From the NCBI GenBank assembly GCA_048886685.1, contig JBHLKM010000003.1:160001-224000 (forward strand): a stretch of 64,000 nt of DNA, given 5' to 3'. Origin of the DNA: Candidatus Hodarchaeota archaeon (lineage in GTDB: Archaea > Asgardarchaeota > Lokiarchaeia > Sigyniarchaeales > SOKP01). Below the pieces are notes generated by a model. That model worked only from the letters and a program-made list of their open reading frames with translations. It had not been told where the DNA came from and did not search any database. The position numbers were made by a program, and so were the translations under genes. Positions within the stretch are counted from its first letter, which is position 1, and each line of letters starts with the position of its first letter. Positions 30,429 through 41,168 of this stretch are shown here, in pieces.

Positions 30429-31928
30429 TTAGTTTTTAATTGTATAATCCAAAACAGTACCAATAACAACAAAAACAAAAAATGTGCTAATAGAAATGTT
30501 CTGAATTAAGTACTCGGTAGGTGGTAAAATAGCTATATATAATATTGTTATGAAGAAGTCATATACTAAAAATGAAGTCCATAAAGCTATAGTTGTTGTT
30601 CTAATTGGTTTTTTTGTGACAAAACTAATGGTTAGACCTATAAGAGCATAAATAAGAATAATAATAAGAGGTAGTGGTACCCAATCAAATTCAGGTGGAA
30701 TTAAAGTTACATATATGAAAAATATGATTACTGAGAAAATTAAGAAGAAATTAATATAGTACAACAAACGCCTTATTAAGTTCTTTTCTTGATCTATTTT
30801 GAACCATAATATACCAAAAGATATGAATAATAACCAAGCATAAATCAAATTTAATGCATCCAAAAAAGTGAATCCAACATCTATAAGGTAATGTGTACCT
30901 CTTAACGCATAAATGATTCCGTATCCTAGAATTTGAGTAAGCAAAATGTGGTATGTCGATCTTCCTATTAATGAAATCACATGTGAAAATTTATTATCTG
31001 AATTTTGTGGTAGACACTTCATTGCAAGTAAAAATAGAAAGGCGGAATATGGAGAGATTAAGAAATGATAGTCTCCTCTTAAAAGTGGAACGCCACCAAT
31101 CATAATCCTAAAACCAAAAAATTGATAGGCACAAATAAACGCTAAACTAATAGGATATATAATCCACATGAAGAAATTTCTATTTTGTTCTAGTTTATAG
31201 CCAAATGAGAACCACATACCAAAGCCAATCGCAGGTAGATAAAATAAAATAGAGGTCATGAACATATTAAGCATATGTATTTTTGACCAAGAAATTACAC
31301 TCCCAGGATATAGGTTGCCAATAAAGAAAAAAATGGCTAAATGCATTGCGATCTCAATAATAAAGCATAGGATTAATGTTAAATTTGGTTTTTTAGTTAA
31401 TGCTTTATAGAGTAAAGGTAAGATTATGATAGACTGGAAAATTAATGGTAGAAACCAATTTCCAGGACCCCAAAATGGTAAAATTCCTATAAATAAATTC
31501 ATAAAACCATGGCTGGGGTAATACTGACCATGATACATCTCTGAAATGTTGAATTGATAAAGAATTAGCCCCAATAATGTAGAAAATCCGTATAAAACAA
31601 GAAAAGGTACAATATACCGTAAAATTTTACTTTTAAAATAATTCCAAGAATATAATTCCTTTAACGATTGATCCCCTTTTCTTTGGAATGAAATTCCCAT
31701 ATTAAATCCCATTATTACTAAAAATACTGGAATAGATATTCTCTCCCATAGTGTGACAGCGATATTGCTTTTTACTCCCCATGAAACCATATGATCAAAA
31801 ATTACTAAAAATATCATTGCTGCTTTTAAGAAATCTACTTGGAAATATTGTCTAGTGTCTATTATCAAAACTTTCTGTTTGGTTTCAGTTATAAATAATT
31901 CAGATTTTTTTTTTTTCTTCATATCCAT
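30429..31928 (-). CDS. Acyltransferase-3 (OafA-like) polytopic membrane protein
   Basis: VDFLKAAMIFLVIFDH, IPVFLVIMG, GNWFL, IGRSTYHILLTQ. Confidence 0.75.
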   Translation of the reverse strand: MDMKKKKKSELFITETKQKVLIIDTRQYFQVDFLKAAMIFLVIFDHMVSWGVKSNIAVTLWERISIPVFLVIMGFNMGISFQRKGDQSLKELYSWNYFKSKILRYIVPFLVLYGFSTLLGLILYQFNISEMYHGQYYPSHGFMNLFIGILPFWGPGNWFLPLIFQSIIILPLLYKALTKKPNLTLILCFIIEIAMHLAIFFFIGNLYPGSVISWSKIHMLNMFMTSILFYLPAIGFGMWFSFGYKLEQNRNFFMWIIYPISLAFICAYQFFGFRIMIGGVPLLRGDYHFLISPYSAFLFLLAMKCLPQNSDNKFSHVISLIGRSTYHILLTQILGYGIIYALRGTHYLIDVGFTFLDALNLIYAWLLFISFGILWFKIDQEKNLIRRLLYYINFFLIFSVIIFFIYVTLIPPEFDWVPLPLIIILIYALIGLTISFVTKKPIRTTTIALWTSFLVYDFFITILYIAILPPTEYLIQNISISTFFVFVVIGTVLDYTIKN

Positions 31929-32239
31929 TATAATACTCTTTTTTGAAAAAGTTAAAAAAATTTACTTAAGAAATTAATTTTTTTTCCAATAATATAACGA
32001 TAAAGTAGTCCAATTTTTACAATTAAGATAATTGAATCAAATGAAATTTATAAGTTTTTGATCTTAATGTCTAAATACTGAAGCCATATATCACAATTCT
32101 CTTAATTTCATGTTGGGTATCACCTATATATTACCTTAATTGAATCTTAGCTTATAAAAATCCTAAATTTTTATATAATTGATAATCATATTATTTAGTT
32201 AAGCAGATTTAAAGAATTTGTATAGATTCGATAAGTAAA

Positions 32240-34222
32240 GTGGCTTCCGACAAAAATAGTAACTTCTTAGAAAAGCAACTAAAGACGTTAGGTCAAAAAG
32301 TAAGAATAGATATTTTGAAAAAATTAAAAGTTGTTCAGGATCATTGTTCCTTTTCGAAACTCCAAAAAGAAGTTCTGGAACATAATCTTTCTTCTGTGAA
32401 TTTTTCTTTTCATTTAAATACATTAAAAAAATGTGAGCTCATTGATTCATCAGAAAAAGGATATTTTATAACAAAATTAGGGAAACAAATTTTAAACAAT
32501 ATATTGTCAATAGAACAAATCCTCACCGATAGATCCAAATCCAGAATGATTAGGACTTCAAAATATTCAAAAGAATTATTCGATTCTAATAAAATTGAAG
32601 AATATCTTGTTGTTGAAGGGGAATTAGATGTTTTTTTGGCTAAGCAAATTGCTCGAGAAGTTGAAGAACGTTTATCAAAAACAAATATTGAATATTTAAC
32701 TGCCCCATTAATGCGAGAATATATTAACGCGATTTTATTAGAAAATGGTTTAGAAGAGGTAAGACATAAGCTTACAAGACTTGGAACTCCCCCTTTTGAA
32801 GTGTTTAAATTATTCAATTCAAAAGAAAGTGAAATAACACCAGAGTGTTTTATAAGAAAGCTAGGTTCTGATGTTTCTGAACAATTTTTACTTTTAAATC
32901 TCCTTCCTAAAAACCTCGCTGATTTATATCTAACGGGAGAAATAGCATTCCTGCATTTAAATTACTGGAGTTTAAGGCCTTTAAGTATTTATTTAAATTC
33001 TAATTCTGTTCTTAACTATATTATAAACAATTACCCAAATGTATCAGATAATTTCGAGAAAACAGAAAATTTAATTCATCTAATTTTAGGTTTCTGCGAT
33101 TTGTTGAATAAATGTAAACAATTTTATTCAGAAGATTTATTATTAGGGGAATTTTATAATCATTTTCTAGCAAATTTCAATTTTGCGGTAGAAAAGTCTT
33201 ATATTATCGATCTATTAACTTCTCAGATGCTCAGCGTTAATAAAGGCTTCAATAATGGTCGATCACATTTATCTTTAGGGTTTAATATGACACGGTCTCC
33301 AAATAATGATAGTATCTTACTTAATCCCCCAGTTAAACAATTTCTATATTCTTTTACTGAAAAACCAGCAAAGAATAATATCCCATTATTATTGTTTAGA
33401 TACTCAGATTTTCTTTCTCAAAATTCAACTAGAGATACTATCAATGATCTTTTCTCTCATTCCTTAAAAAATAATATAATCCTCCAGAATAACAGTCTTT
33501 CAAATTTGCTAAATTCTACCATAATTAATGTTTTAAATCCAAAACAAAACAGAATTATTCTAGATAAGATATTAATAAATTTGCATATGATTTCTGTAGA
33601 AGCAAGACAAAATGATGATATCTTCCTTGAATTGTTGCAAGATAAAATTGGATCAACTTTTGAATTATTCAATTTAAAGGAAAAGCTTGCGAATAAAAAA
33701 CTAAGTACACTTAATAATTGGGGTAAAATAATACTACAAATATTTGGTGAAAAAAAGGATAACATATTAAAGGATTCAATAAAATCAATAAGTTTTTTTG
33801 GGTTAAATAAAGCTATCTTAAATCATTGTGGTATAGAACTTGATAGAACGGAGGGTAGTGCTTCATTTGCCCTAAAAATTCTTAGTTTTATGAAAACTCT
33901 TATTGAAGAAAAGAATGAATTAGAAAATGAATACTTTACACTGTCGCAGCCCCATCCTGATAAATATTTACAAGATTGTTGGAACAATGGAACTCTACAT
34001 AATGAACAAAGAATCAATTGTTATTCGTCTAAAATTATTAGAGAGAATTCTACCCTATCTTTACTCAAGAAACTCTCCCTATTTAAAAAATTTGAGAAAA
34101 TTATAAATGGGGGGTCAATATTTGATCAATCCATTGATGCAAATGATATCACCCTTAATAAATATCTAAAAATGTTAATAAATTTAAAAATTAATGCTTT
34201 TTCTTTGAGAAACTTTAAATAA
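32240..34222 (+). CDS. ArsR-type HTH + ATP-cone + degenerate class III RNR (NrdD)-like fusion protein
   Basis: RIDILKKL...FSFHLNTLKKCELI...YFITKLG (wHTH); RTSKYSKELFDSNKI...LTAPLMREYINAILLENG (ATP cone); NrdD-like remnants; no Zn or glycyl-radical tail. Confidence 0.75.
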   Translation: MASDKNSNFLEKQLKTLGQKVRIDILKKLKVVQDHCSFSKLQKEVLEHNLSSVNFSFHLNTLKKCELIDSSEKGYFITKLGKQILNNILSIEQILTDRSKSRMIRTSKYSKELFDSNKIEEYLVVEGELDVFLAKQIAREVEERLSKTNIEYLTAPLMREYINAILLENGLEEVRHKLTRLGTPPFEVFKLFNSKESEITPECFIRKLGSDVSEQFLLLNLLPKNLADLYLTGEIAFLHLNYWSLRPLSIYLNSNSVLNYIINNYPNVSDNFEKTENLIHLILGFCDLLNKCKQFYSEDLLLGEFYNHFLANFNFAVEKSYIIDLLTSQMLSVNKGFNNGRSHLSLGFNMTRSPNNDSILLNPPVKQFLYSFTEKPAKNNIPLLLFRYSDFLSQNSTRDTINDLFSHSLKNNIILQNNSLSNLLNSTIINVLNPKQNRIILDKILINLHMISVEARQNDDIFLELLQDKIGSTFELFNLKEKLANKKLSTLNNWGKIILQIFGEKKDNILKDSIKSISFFGLNKAILNHCGIELDRTEGSASFALKILSFMKTLIEEKNELENEYFTLSQPHPDKYLQDCWNNGTLHNEQRINCYSSKIIRENSTLSLLKKLSLFKKFEKIINGGSIFDQSIDANDITLNKYLKMLINLKINAFSLRNFK

Positions 34223-34250
34223 AAAATTAATAATGACTTTTTGCTTCTCT

Positions 34251-35168
34251 CTATTCTCTCATTAGTTCTGCTAAAAGAGCTTTTCTCATAGGAATGCCGT
34301 AAAAAGTCTGTTTAAAATAAATTGTTTTTTCAGAAGCATCAACATTGGGAGAAATTTCTGTAATTCGCGGTAAAGGATGTAATAAACGAAATTTATCTTT
34401 AGTATTTTCAAGATCATTTTCTCCAAAGGTGTAAAAACCTTTCACCTTTTCATACTCTTCTAAATCTATAAATCTTTCTTTTTGAACTCGTGTCATATAA
34501 AGTACATCCAATATATTTAAAATCTTTCTATAATCCGTTATTTCCTTATACTTCATATGTCGTTGTTGTAAGAAATCTTTATCTCGATTTCTCATTTTCA
34601 ATTCCACAGGGCTTATGAAATAAATATTAACGTCATAATTAGATAGGAGAATCGAGAGTGAATGAACTGTTCTACCATATTTAAGATCTCCCATTACTCC
34701 GATGTTCAACCCATCTAATGCACCGCATTCTTCAGTAATGGTTAAAAGATCTAATAAAGCTTGAGTAGGATGTTCTCCACTTCCGGATCCAGCATTAATA
34801 ACTGGCACTCGTGCAAAGTTTGAAGCCATTCTCGCAGCCCCTTCAAGTGAGTGCCTCATTACAATACAATCGCTATAATTTTCTACTGTTCTAATTGTAT
34901 CTGCAATACTCTCCCCTTTTTTAATAGAGGACACATCTCCTGAATGAAATCCAATTACATTCCCTCCCAATCTATACATAGCAGATTCAAAACTAAGTCG
35001 AGTTCGAGTAGAAGGTTCAAAAAATAAAGTTGCTAGAATTTTACCTTTAAGAAGATTTGAGTTTTTTTCACTCAACATTTCTTTACCTCTTTTCAAGATA
35101 TACTCAATATCTTCTCTATCAAATTGTTTAGCACTTATTATTCCTTCTGCAAATTTCTCATGGAACAT
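34251..35168 (-). CDS. pyrB: Aspartate carbamoyltransferase catalytic subunit
   Basis: FFEPSTRTRLSFE, HPTQALLD, GDLKYGRTVHSL, HPLPR. Confidence 0.97.
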   Translation of the reverse strand: MFHEKFAEGIISAKQFDREDIEYILKRGKEMLSEKNSNLLKGKILATLFFEPSTRTRLSFESAMYRLGGNVIGFHSGDVSSIKKGESIADTIRTVENYSDCIVMRHSLEGAARMASNFARVPVINAGSGSGEHPTQALLDLLTITEECGALDGLNIGVMGDLKYGRTVHSLSILLSNYDVNIYFISPVELKMRNRDKDFLQQRHMKYKEITDYRKILNILDVLYMTRVQKERFIDLEEYEKVKGFYTFGENDLENTKDKFRLLHPLPRITEISPNVDASEKTIYFKQTFYGIPMRKALLAELMRE

Positions 35169-35328
35169 TTAAATTCTCATTTATAATGTTTTTATTAACA
35201 TTATGAAAGTAAGATTTAAATTATTTATTATTAAACTACGGTTTTTCAAAAGAAATAGGCTAAACTAATAAAATTTAAAATTTATAAATAATTAAATTAG
35301 TTACTCAGATAAAATAGTTGTTCTATAT

Positions 35329-35610
35329 ATGAAGTATCCTAAAACCACAAGGAAATATTGCCCTAGTTGCCGTTCACATCAAATACATAATGTTTCACTG
35401 TACAAAAGGGGTAAAGAACGCGCTCTTAATCATGGTAGGAGAAGAGTAGAGCGTAAAAAGAGGGGTTATGGGAGTTTTCCAAAAGAAATTTTTCATAAAA
35501 ACGCTAAAATCAATAAAAAAAGTACTCCTATTTTAGAATGTACTGAATGTGGAAAAAAACAATATGCAAAATCTTATCGTGTTAAACGTCTTGAACTACA
35601 AGAAGTATAA
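35329..35610 (+). CDS. rpl44e: 50S ribosomal protein L44e
   Basis: YCPSCRSHQIH, RGYG, LECTECGK. Confidence 0.95.
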   Translation: MKYPKTTRKYCPSCRSHQIHNVSLYKRGKERALNHGRRRVERKKRGYGSFPKEIFHKNAKINKKSTPILECTECGKKQYAKSYRVKRLELQEV

Positions 35611-35628
35611 GAAAAAAGGTAAAATTAA

Positions 35629-35835
35629 ATGGTTAGAGATAAAAAATCAAAGGATCTAATACCCCAACCAAAAAGCCGATTTTTACGTGTAAAATGCTTA
35701 AATTGTGGAAACCAACAAATAATTTTTGGATGTTCGGCAACTGATGTAGAATGTTTAGTGTGTGGAAAAACTTTACTCCAATCCACAGGTGGGAAAGCTC
35801 GAATTCTTACCAAAATTTTAGAAGTTCTTTCTTAA
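35629..35835 (+). CDS. rps27e: 30S ribosomal protein S27e
   Basis: [20 protein letters not shown]...CLVCG...TGGKA. Confidence 0.96.
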   Translation: MVRDKKSKDLIPQPKSRFLRVKCLNCGNQQIIFGCSATDVECLVCGKTLLQSTGGKARILTKILEVLS

Positions 35836-35877
35836 CCACAGGTTTTAATGTTCGATTACTTTTTTTAGCTAAAAGAT

Positions 35878-35897
35878 CATGAAACTGAAATTTCATG
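35878..35897. terminator. Hairpin between convergent rps27e and tfs
   Basis: CATGAAA-CTGAAA-TTTCATG, a perfect 7-bp inverted repeat near T-tracts. Confidence 0.3.
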
Positions 35898-35954
35898 TTT
35901 ATACTGCTATATCTCTGTAATATTATTATTGTTTCGTCTAATAAGAAATATAAT

Positions 35955-36287
35955 TTATCCTTGACGCCAAGTGTGTTTACATTTTACACATCTAAAAAAA
36001 TGAGTACTCGGCTCATCTGAGCTTCTAATTTGAATTTGCCAGGTTTCAGCTTCCTGATTTTGACATTTAGGGCAACTTCTTTTAACTATTGGGTGGACTT
36101 TAATTTTATCTTCTTCTGATATAATTATTAAATTTTTTTTTAAGGCTTCTTTCTTCTTTTCAATAGTCTTGTGATCTATTGAGCTGTTTAAGATTTCTTG
36201 ATAACCACACTTACATACAAGATAATCATTTCCATCTTCAGTTTTTTTACGTAAAAGATTTGAACACTCAGGGCAGAATTGTACCAT
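35955..36287 (-). CDS. tfs: Transcription factor S (TFS/RpoM family)
   Basis: FCPECSNLL N-terminal ribbon; CPKC...QIRSSDEP...CVKC with the catalytic DE intact. Confidence 0.93.
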   Translation of the reverse strand: MVQFCPECSNLLRKKTEDGNDYLVCKCGYQEILNSSIDHKTIEKKKEALKKNLIIISEEDKIKVHPIVKRSCPKCQNQEAETWQIQIRSSDEPSTHFFRCVKCKHTWRQG

Positions 36288-36312
36288 TAGTCGTCATCCA
36301 CATTTTTTCTAA

Positions 36313-36630
36313 CTACAAATACTCTTTTTTCAGTTCATATAACTTTAGATAGTATTCAAAATTTAATTTATTCATGTCTTGAATGATTTCTGCCACGATT
36401 GTCTTCCCTCCATCCATTTTGATGACAAGCTCACCAATAACATTTACAAGATCTTCCTTTTTATACCCAAAATCGACATTTTTAATATCAACACTAATTT
36501 GTCCACTCCCATCATTTAATACGATATGTTCTTTCTCAACAATATTTTTTACATACCCAGTTACTTGGATTCGAACATCATCTTTCTTGATATCTTTTAT
36601 AGTTCTTTGCTTCGCAGACTGTATTGACAT
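36313..36630 (-). CDS. Single OB-fold protein, RPA3/RPA14-like
   Basis: RIQVTGYV, VLNDGSGQISV, VNVIGEL, then a C-terminal helix LNFEYYLKLYEL; divergent from PCNA. Confidence 0.65.
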   Translation of the reverse strand: MSIQSAKQRTIKDIKKDDVRIQVTGYVKNIVEKEHIVLNDGSGQISVDIKNVDFGYKKEDLVNVIGELVIKMDGGKTIVAEIIQDMNKLNFEYYLKLYELKKEYL

Positions 36631-36810
36631 TTTTTCTTTAAAAATCTTAAGAGTTAGTTATAACATATACATTGAAAAATTAAGATAACTATAAATAATT
36701 ATTTTAATACCTAGAATTGGTTTTATTAAAAGACTAATATTAAACATTATTAATAATGCTAATAAAACATTATTATCTTAATTATAATTGAATAAAGGTA
36801 CTGAAAGAAT

Positions 36811-37614
36811 ATGAGCTTTACGTTAAAATTGGAAAATAGTCGAATATTGAAAGGAATTGTTGAAACTCTTGCTAGTATTATAGACGAAACTGAGTTTCGA
36901 GTCACTCCTAAAGAGTTTACAATCTCAGCAATGGATCCTAGTAGAATCTGCCTATTAAAATTATCAATAAAAAAAGATGACTTTGATGATTATCAATGTA
37001 ATAAAGAATCCAAAGTAGGCTTAAACTTGGATGATCTGGATAAGATCCTGAAGAGAAGTGCTGCTAATGATTCAGTTGAGATTAACTTTAATGAAACTGA
37101 TCAAAAAATAAAAATCAAAATGCAAAGAGAAGGAGTATCGCGAACAAGAACATTTAGTCTAGCTTTATTAGATATTGATATCGAGGAAATTCCAATGGAT
37201 AACTTATTGAAGATTGAATATCCCTCGAATTGGGTCTTAGACCCAGACTTTTTAGTTGAGGCAATTAAGGATGCTGAAATTTATTCTGAAATTCTCAATA
37301 TAAACGCCAATGAAGGACAGGGGCTCATTTTTAGCTCATCAGGACAAATAGGTGAAATGGAATACGATCTCAATGAAGATGACTTAATCGAGAGTGATCT
37401 CCAAGGTTCAAGTAGCGGGGCTTATTCCTTAACATTCCTTAAGGCTATTTTAAAAATTGCTTCAATTACAGAGAAATTAAAAATATCTTTAAAGACTGAT
37501 CATCCCTTAAAAATGAATTTTGATCTTCTCGAAGGGGGAAAACTAAGCTACTTCCTTGCACCAAGAGTAGAAGAAGAGGAATTTGACGAAGACGAGGATA
37601 TGGACGAATTTTAA
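36811..37614 (+). CDS. pcn: PCNA sliding clamp
   Basis: AMDPSRICL, VGLNLDDLDKILKR, YSLTFL, YFLAPRVEE. Confidence 0.97.
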   Translation: MSFTLKLENSRILKGIVETLASIIDETEFRVTPKEFTISAMDPSRICLLKLSIKKDDFDDYQCNKESKVGLNLDDLDKILKRSAANDSVEINFNETDQKIKIKMQREGVSRTRTFSLALLDIDIEEIPMDNLLKIEYPSNWVLDPDFLVEAIKDAEIYSEILNINANEGQGLIFSSSGQIGEMEYDLNEDDLIESDLQGSSSGAYSLTFLKAILKIASITEKLKISLKTDHPLKMNFDLLEGGKLSYFLAPRVEEEEFDEDEDMDEF

Positions 37615-37766
37615 ATGATTCTTTCTCAAATTTTAACTTATTTGATTTTTAGTAGTTTTTTTAACTTTAACAATAAACCATTCTACTCTTAACTTATTAT
37701 AATTTAAAAATGTCAAATTTCTTAATAATTAGATAATACTAATCACGACTGTAAATTTATTGAAAA

Positions 37767-38951
37767 ATGAGTGAAAATTTGGATTTGGTAAAGCGTTATC
37801 CTTGGCTTCCTTCTTTGAAAGATTGCTATCCTAGAATAGCAATAAAAGGACCTATGGAATTTATTGATGAAGTCTTCTCAAATGACAATGATAATGATCT
37901 TGGTAGTAGAATCTTGGAATTTTTTAAAGCAGCGATAGATAACCTTGAAGAGTTTTCTTATTATATGGATGATGAGACCAATATACACTTTTATATCCTA
38001 ATCAGAATAATTTTAAGTATATTAAACAGGATACAAATTACCAATAGAGTTGCAGAATTATATTCGAAGACTGCATATAGAAAATTGAATAAAGAATTAA
38101 ATAATGCTTCAAATTTATATAGAATTTATAAGGATTTGAAATTAGATTTTATCTATAAAGAAGAACCTATAATATATAAAAAAATTAAATTAAAAGATCA
38201 AGAACTATTTGAAAAAACTAATTTTAGAATCCATTTTATTGATTATCTCCAACTCGCTGCTAATCTAAAGGATGATCATCGAAAATTAACAAATAACCCG
38301 ATAACAGATGGTTATGTATTTATTCAACCCAAAAATCTCAATAGATTAATTCAAGAATTCGTACGTAAGAAAATTTTAACTTTAATGCAAATTGAAGAAC
38401 ATAAAGAATCCTTACTCAAAAATAAAGTATTTGCAAATATTTATAAAACAATTGAAAATATTTGGGAAGTAAAAAAAGAAAAATATCAACAAATTGAAAT
38501 CTCTAATATCAATGGAAAGAGCCAAAGAGATTATTTCCCTCCATGTATAAGAGAGATATTTAAAAAAGCAGAGGAAGGTCAGAACTTAATACATATCGAA
38601 AGATTATTTATTGTCTGGTTTTTGAATGCTCTTAAATTTCCTGAGGAAGAGATAATAAATATATTTTCAACGCTTCCTGATTTTGATAGAGATAAAACAA
38701 CTTATCAGGTAAGATATGCAATGAGAAAAGGATATACACCTTATTCGTGTGAATCTGTAAAATCTTATGATTTATGCTATGCTAAGATATATAATGATGA
38801 TATATGTTTAAAGGGATATTACTCAAGAACTCAAGATAAACAAATGGAACTTACCCAACCTTTAAGATATGTCGGGATAAAACAATTTCGTCAATCTAAA
38901 AAACCAAAATCTTCTAATAACAAACCACAAGAAAATGATGAAAGATCTTAA
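37767..38951 (+). CDS. priL: DNA primase large subunit PriL
   Basis: RYPWL, GYVFI, FPPCIR, HIER, PDFDRDKTTYQV, Fe-S cysteines. Confidence 0.9.
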   Translation: MSENLDLVKRYPWLPSLKDCYPRIAIKGPMEFIDEVFSNDNDNDLGSRILEFFKAAIDNLEEFSYYMDDETNIHFYILIRIILSILNRIQITNRVAELYSKTAYRKLNKELNNASNLYRIYKDLKLDFIYKEEPIIYKKIKLKDQELFEKTNFRIHFIDYLQLAANLKDDHRKLTNNPITDGYVFIQPKNLNRLIQEFVRKKILTLMQIEEHKESLLKNKVFANIYKTIENIWEVKKEKYQQIEISNINGKSQRDYFPPCIREIFKKAEEGQNLIHIERLFIVWFLNALKFPEEEIINIFSTLPDFDRDKTTYQVRYAMRKGYTPYSCESVKSYDLCYAKIYNDDICLKGYYSRTQDKQMELTQPLRYVGIKQFRQSKKPKSSNNKPQENDERS

Positions 38952-40221
38952 ATACTTAAATCGCATATTTATCGAATATTATAAAAATAAAAAGGCCAAT
39001 ATCTCATTTATTGATTTATTACCGCAAAGAGAGTTTGCTTTTTTTCTTTGGGATAAGAAATCAATCATGATGAGGCACATGGGCTTTAATAATAAAGACA
39101 ATTTCATTAATTTTTTAATTAATAATGGACCTCGACATGTTTATTCTAGCGGAGCTTTTTATCAAATCCCAGAAAATCAAAATATGGATGGTAAAGGCTA
39201 TTTAGGTTGTGATTTTATTATAGATATAGATGTAGATCATTTTTATACACCCTGTAAAGAAGATCATGATTTATGGAATTGTAGAGAATGTGGTAAAAGT
39301 GGGACGGGAATGGTCTCTAAATGTCCACATTGTAGTAAGACGAAAATACAAACTATAACTTGGATATGTGAGGAATGCTTAAATATAGCAAAAAATGAGA
39401 TAATTAAGCTACTATATAACTTTTTAATACCAGATTTCGGAATTTCTCTAGATCAAATGAAAATTGCATACTCAGGTCACCGTGGATATCATTTGAAAGT
39501 AAAAGATGAAAAAATAAGAACGTTATCTAGTGAAGAAAGAAGAGAAATTGCAGATTATGTTTCAGGAGAAAATATTTCCTTTGAGCTTTTAGGATTGCGA
39601 GAAAAACGAGGTACTATTTTTGGATTTTCAAAAGAAAATATTGGATGGTCTCAAAAATGCCTAGAAAAAATTAAAGAAATTTTAAACAAATCTGATGCAG
39701 AAATTCATCATATCTTACTTAATAAAAGATTATTTAATCTTAAAGCAGATCAAATTACAAGTTTTATAAATTTCAAAGACGAACTTCTAAATATAATTCA
39801 AAATAATACGAATAATGTATGGCCCAGTGATAATTTCGGGATAAAATCATGGATGAATTTCTTAAGTGGAATAGTTCATGAAATAGGAGTTGAAATCGAT
39901 ACACCAGTAACTGTTGATATTCATAGACTCATCAGATATCCTGGATCTCTTCATGGAAAAACGGGATTTAAAGTACAAGAATTGAATCCTGATGATTTAG
40001 ATAATTTCAATCCTCTAAATGAAATAAATGAGAGACTAGATCCAATTGTTTTTGAAAGTAAAGTGGAAACTACTCAAAAAATAGAAATCACTATTCCTGA
40101 GGTACCAGCAACTAAGATAAAAGAAAAAGTTTATGGACCGTATGTAATGGGACAAATAATCAAAGTTCCTCATCATATAGCGGTATTTCTTTTATGTAAA
40201 GAAGTAGCAAAAACCATATGA
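38935..40221 (+). CDS. priS: DNA primase small subunit PriS
   Basis: QREFAF, DIDVD, YSGHRGYH, IDTPVTVDIHRLIRYPGSLHGKTG. Confidence 0.95.
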   Translation: MMKDLKYLNRIFIEYYKNKKANISFIDLLPQREFAFFLWDKKSIMMRHMGFNNKDNFINFLINNGPRHVYSSGAFYQIPENQNMDGKGYLGCDFIIDIDVDHFYTPCKEDHDLWNCRECGKSGTGMVSKCPHCSKTKIQTITWICEECLNIAKNEIIKLLYNFLIPDFGISLDQMKIAYSGHRGYHLKVKDEKIRTLSSEERREIADYVSGENISFELLGLREKRGTIFGFSKENIGWSQKCLEKIKEILNKSDAEIHHILLNKRLFNLKADQITSFINFKDELLNIIQNNTNNVWPSDNFGIKSWMNFLSGIVHEIGVEIDTPVTVDIHRLIRYPGSLHGKTGFKVQELNPDDLDNFNPLNEINERLDPIVFESKVETTQKIEITIPEVPATKIKEKVYGPYVMGQIIKVPHHIAVFLLCKEVAKTI

Positions 40222-40282
40222 GTTAAAAATTTATTTACATGAACACTAAGATAAATTATTAATATAAAAAGTTTCGATATTA

Positions 40283-40951
40283 ATGGATTTAAAAAAAGAA
40301 TACGAAAATTTATATCAGCATTGGCTTAAAGAATTCCAACAAGCAGAATTAACTAATTTGAATCAGAAACTATTTGAAAAATATGGTAAACTCCTAAATT
40401 CTGTTGACAATCATCAAGAAAATGAATCTGATATCATTAAATCCCAAGTATTTGAAACCTATAAAAAAAACCTTAATTTCCTATATGAGGATCTTTTAAA
40501 GATGAGAGAACTTAAAATTGTTAATACAGCACTAGCTCTTAAAGAAATTGATATTGATAATGTTATTGAAGCTGAAAAATTACTTTACCAAAATTTAGTG
40601 AGTTCAATTAAAGGATTCAACAAAGTTAAAGCTATTTCTAAGTTTGAAGGAGGAGAACAATTAAAAATTGAAGAAATTATTAAACCTAAAACTGATAAAG
40701 AACCTGAAATAATAGAATCAGAATTATCAATAAAAGAAAAAAATTCGATTATCTCTGAAATAATCAGTGATCAAAAGGAAGAACAAGTAGATTTTACCTT
40801 ATTAAGATTCATAAAAAAAACACCACCATTAGTAGGTATTGATCTTATTAATTATGGACCATTCGAGGAGGAAGATATAGCGTATATTCCTTCTCAAAAT
40901 GCGAATATCCTTGTATTGGAAAAATTTGCAGAAAAAATAGAAATTTCTTAA
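40283..40951 (+). CDS. GINS complex subunit (Gins51/Gins15 type)
   Basis: Helical A domain (LLKMRELKIV) and C-terminal B domain VGIDLINYGPFEEEDIAYIP; PCNA-priS-gins synteny. Confidence 0.88.
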   Translation: MDLKKEYENLYQHWLKEFQQAELTNLNQKLFEKYGKLLNSVDNHQENESDIIKSQVFETYKKNLNFLYEDLLKMRELKIVNTALALKEIDIDNVIEAEKLLYQNLVSSIKGFNKVKAISKFEGGEQLKIEEIIKPKTDKEPEIIESELSIKEKNSIISEIISDQKEEQVDFTLLRFIKKTPPLVGIDLINYGPFEEEDIAYIPSQNANILVLEKFAEKIEIS

Positions 40952-40954
40952 TAA

Positions 40955-41140
40955 TTAGTTAAATTTCTTTTCAAATTCTTCTTTAAAGTACTTTAATCGA
41001 TATTTACCATATTTATCTATTAAAGAAAATTTCGGGGGTTTTGGATTTACCAACTGACCTCCACAATATCGACACTTTGAATTAGGATTTGCTAAACCAT
41101 ATTTATTACAGCTACTACACTTCTGTAAATATTTTGTCAT
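40955..41140 (-). CDS. nop10: H/ACA RNP protein Nop10
   Basis: KCSSCNKY..CRYCGG..PPKFSLIDKYGKYR; follows aIF2alpha. Confidence 0.92.
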   Translation of the reverse strand: MTKYLQKCSSCNKYGLANPNSKCRYCGGQLVNPKPPKFSLIDKYGKYRLKYFKEEFEKKFN

Positions 41141-41168
41141 AGGTTAATCAAACATATTTATTTGGAAT

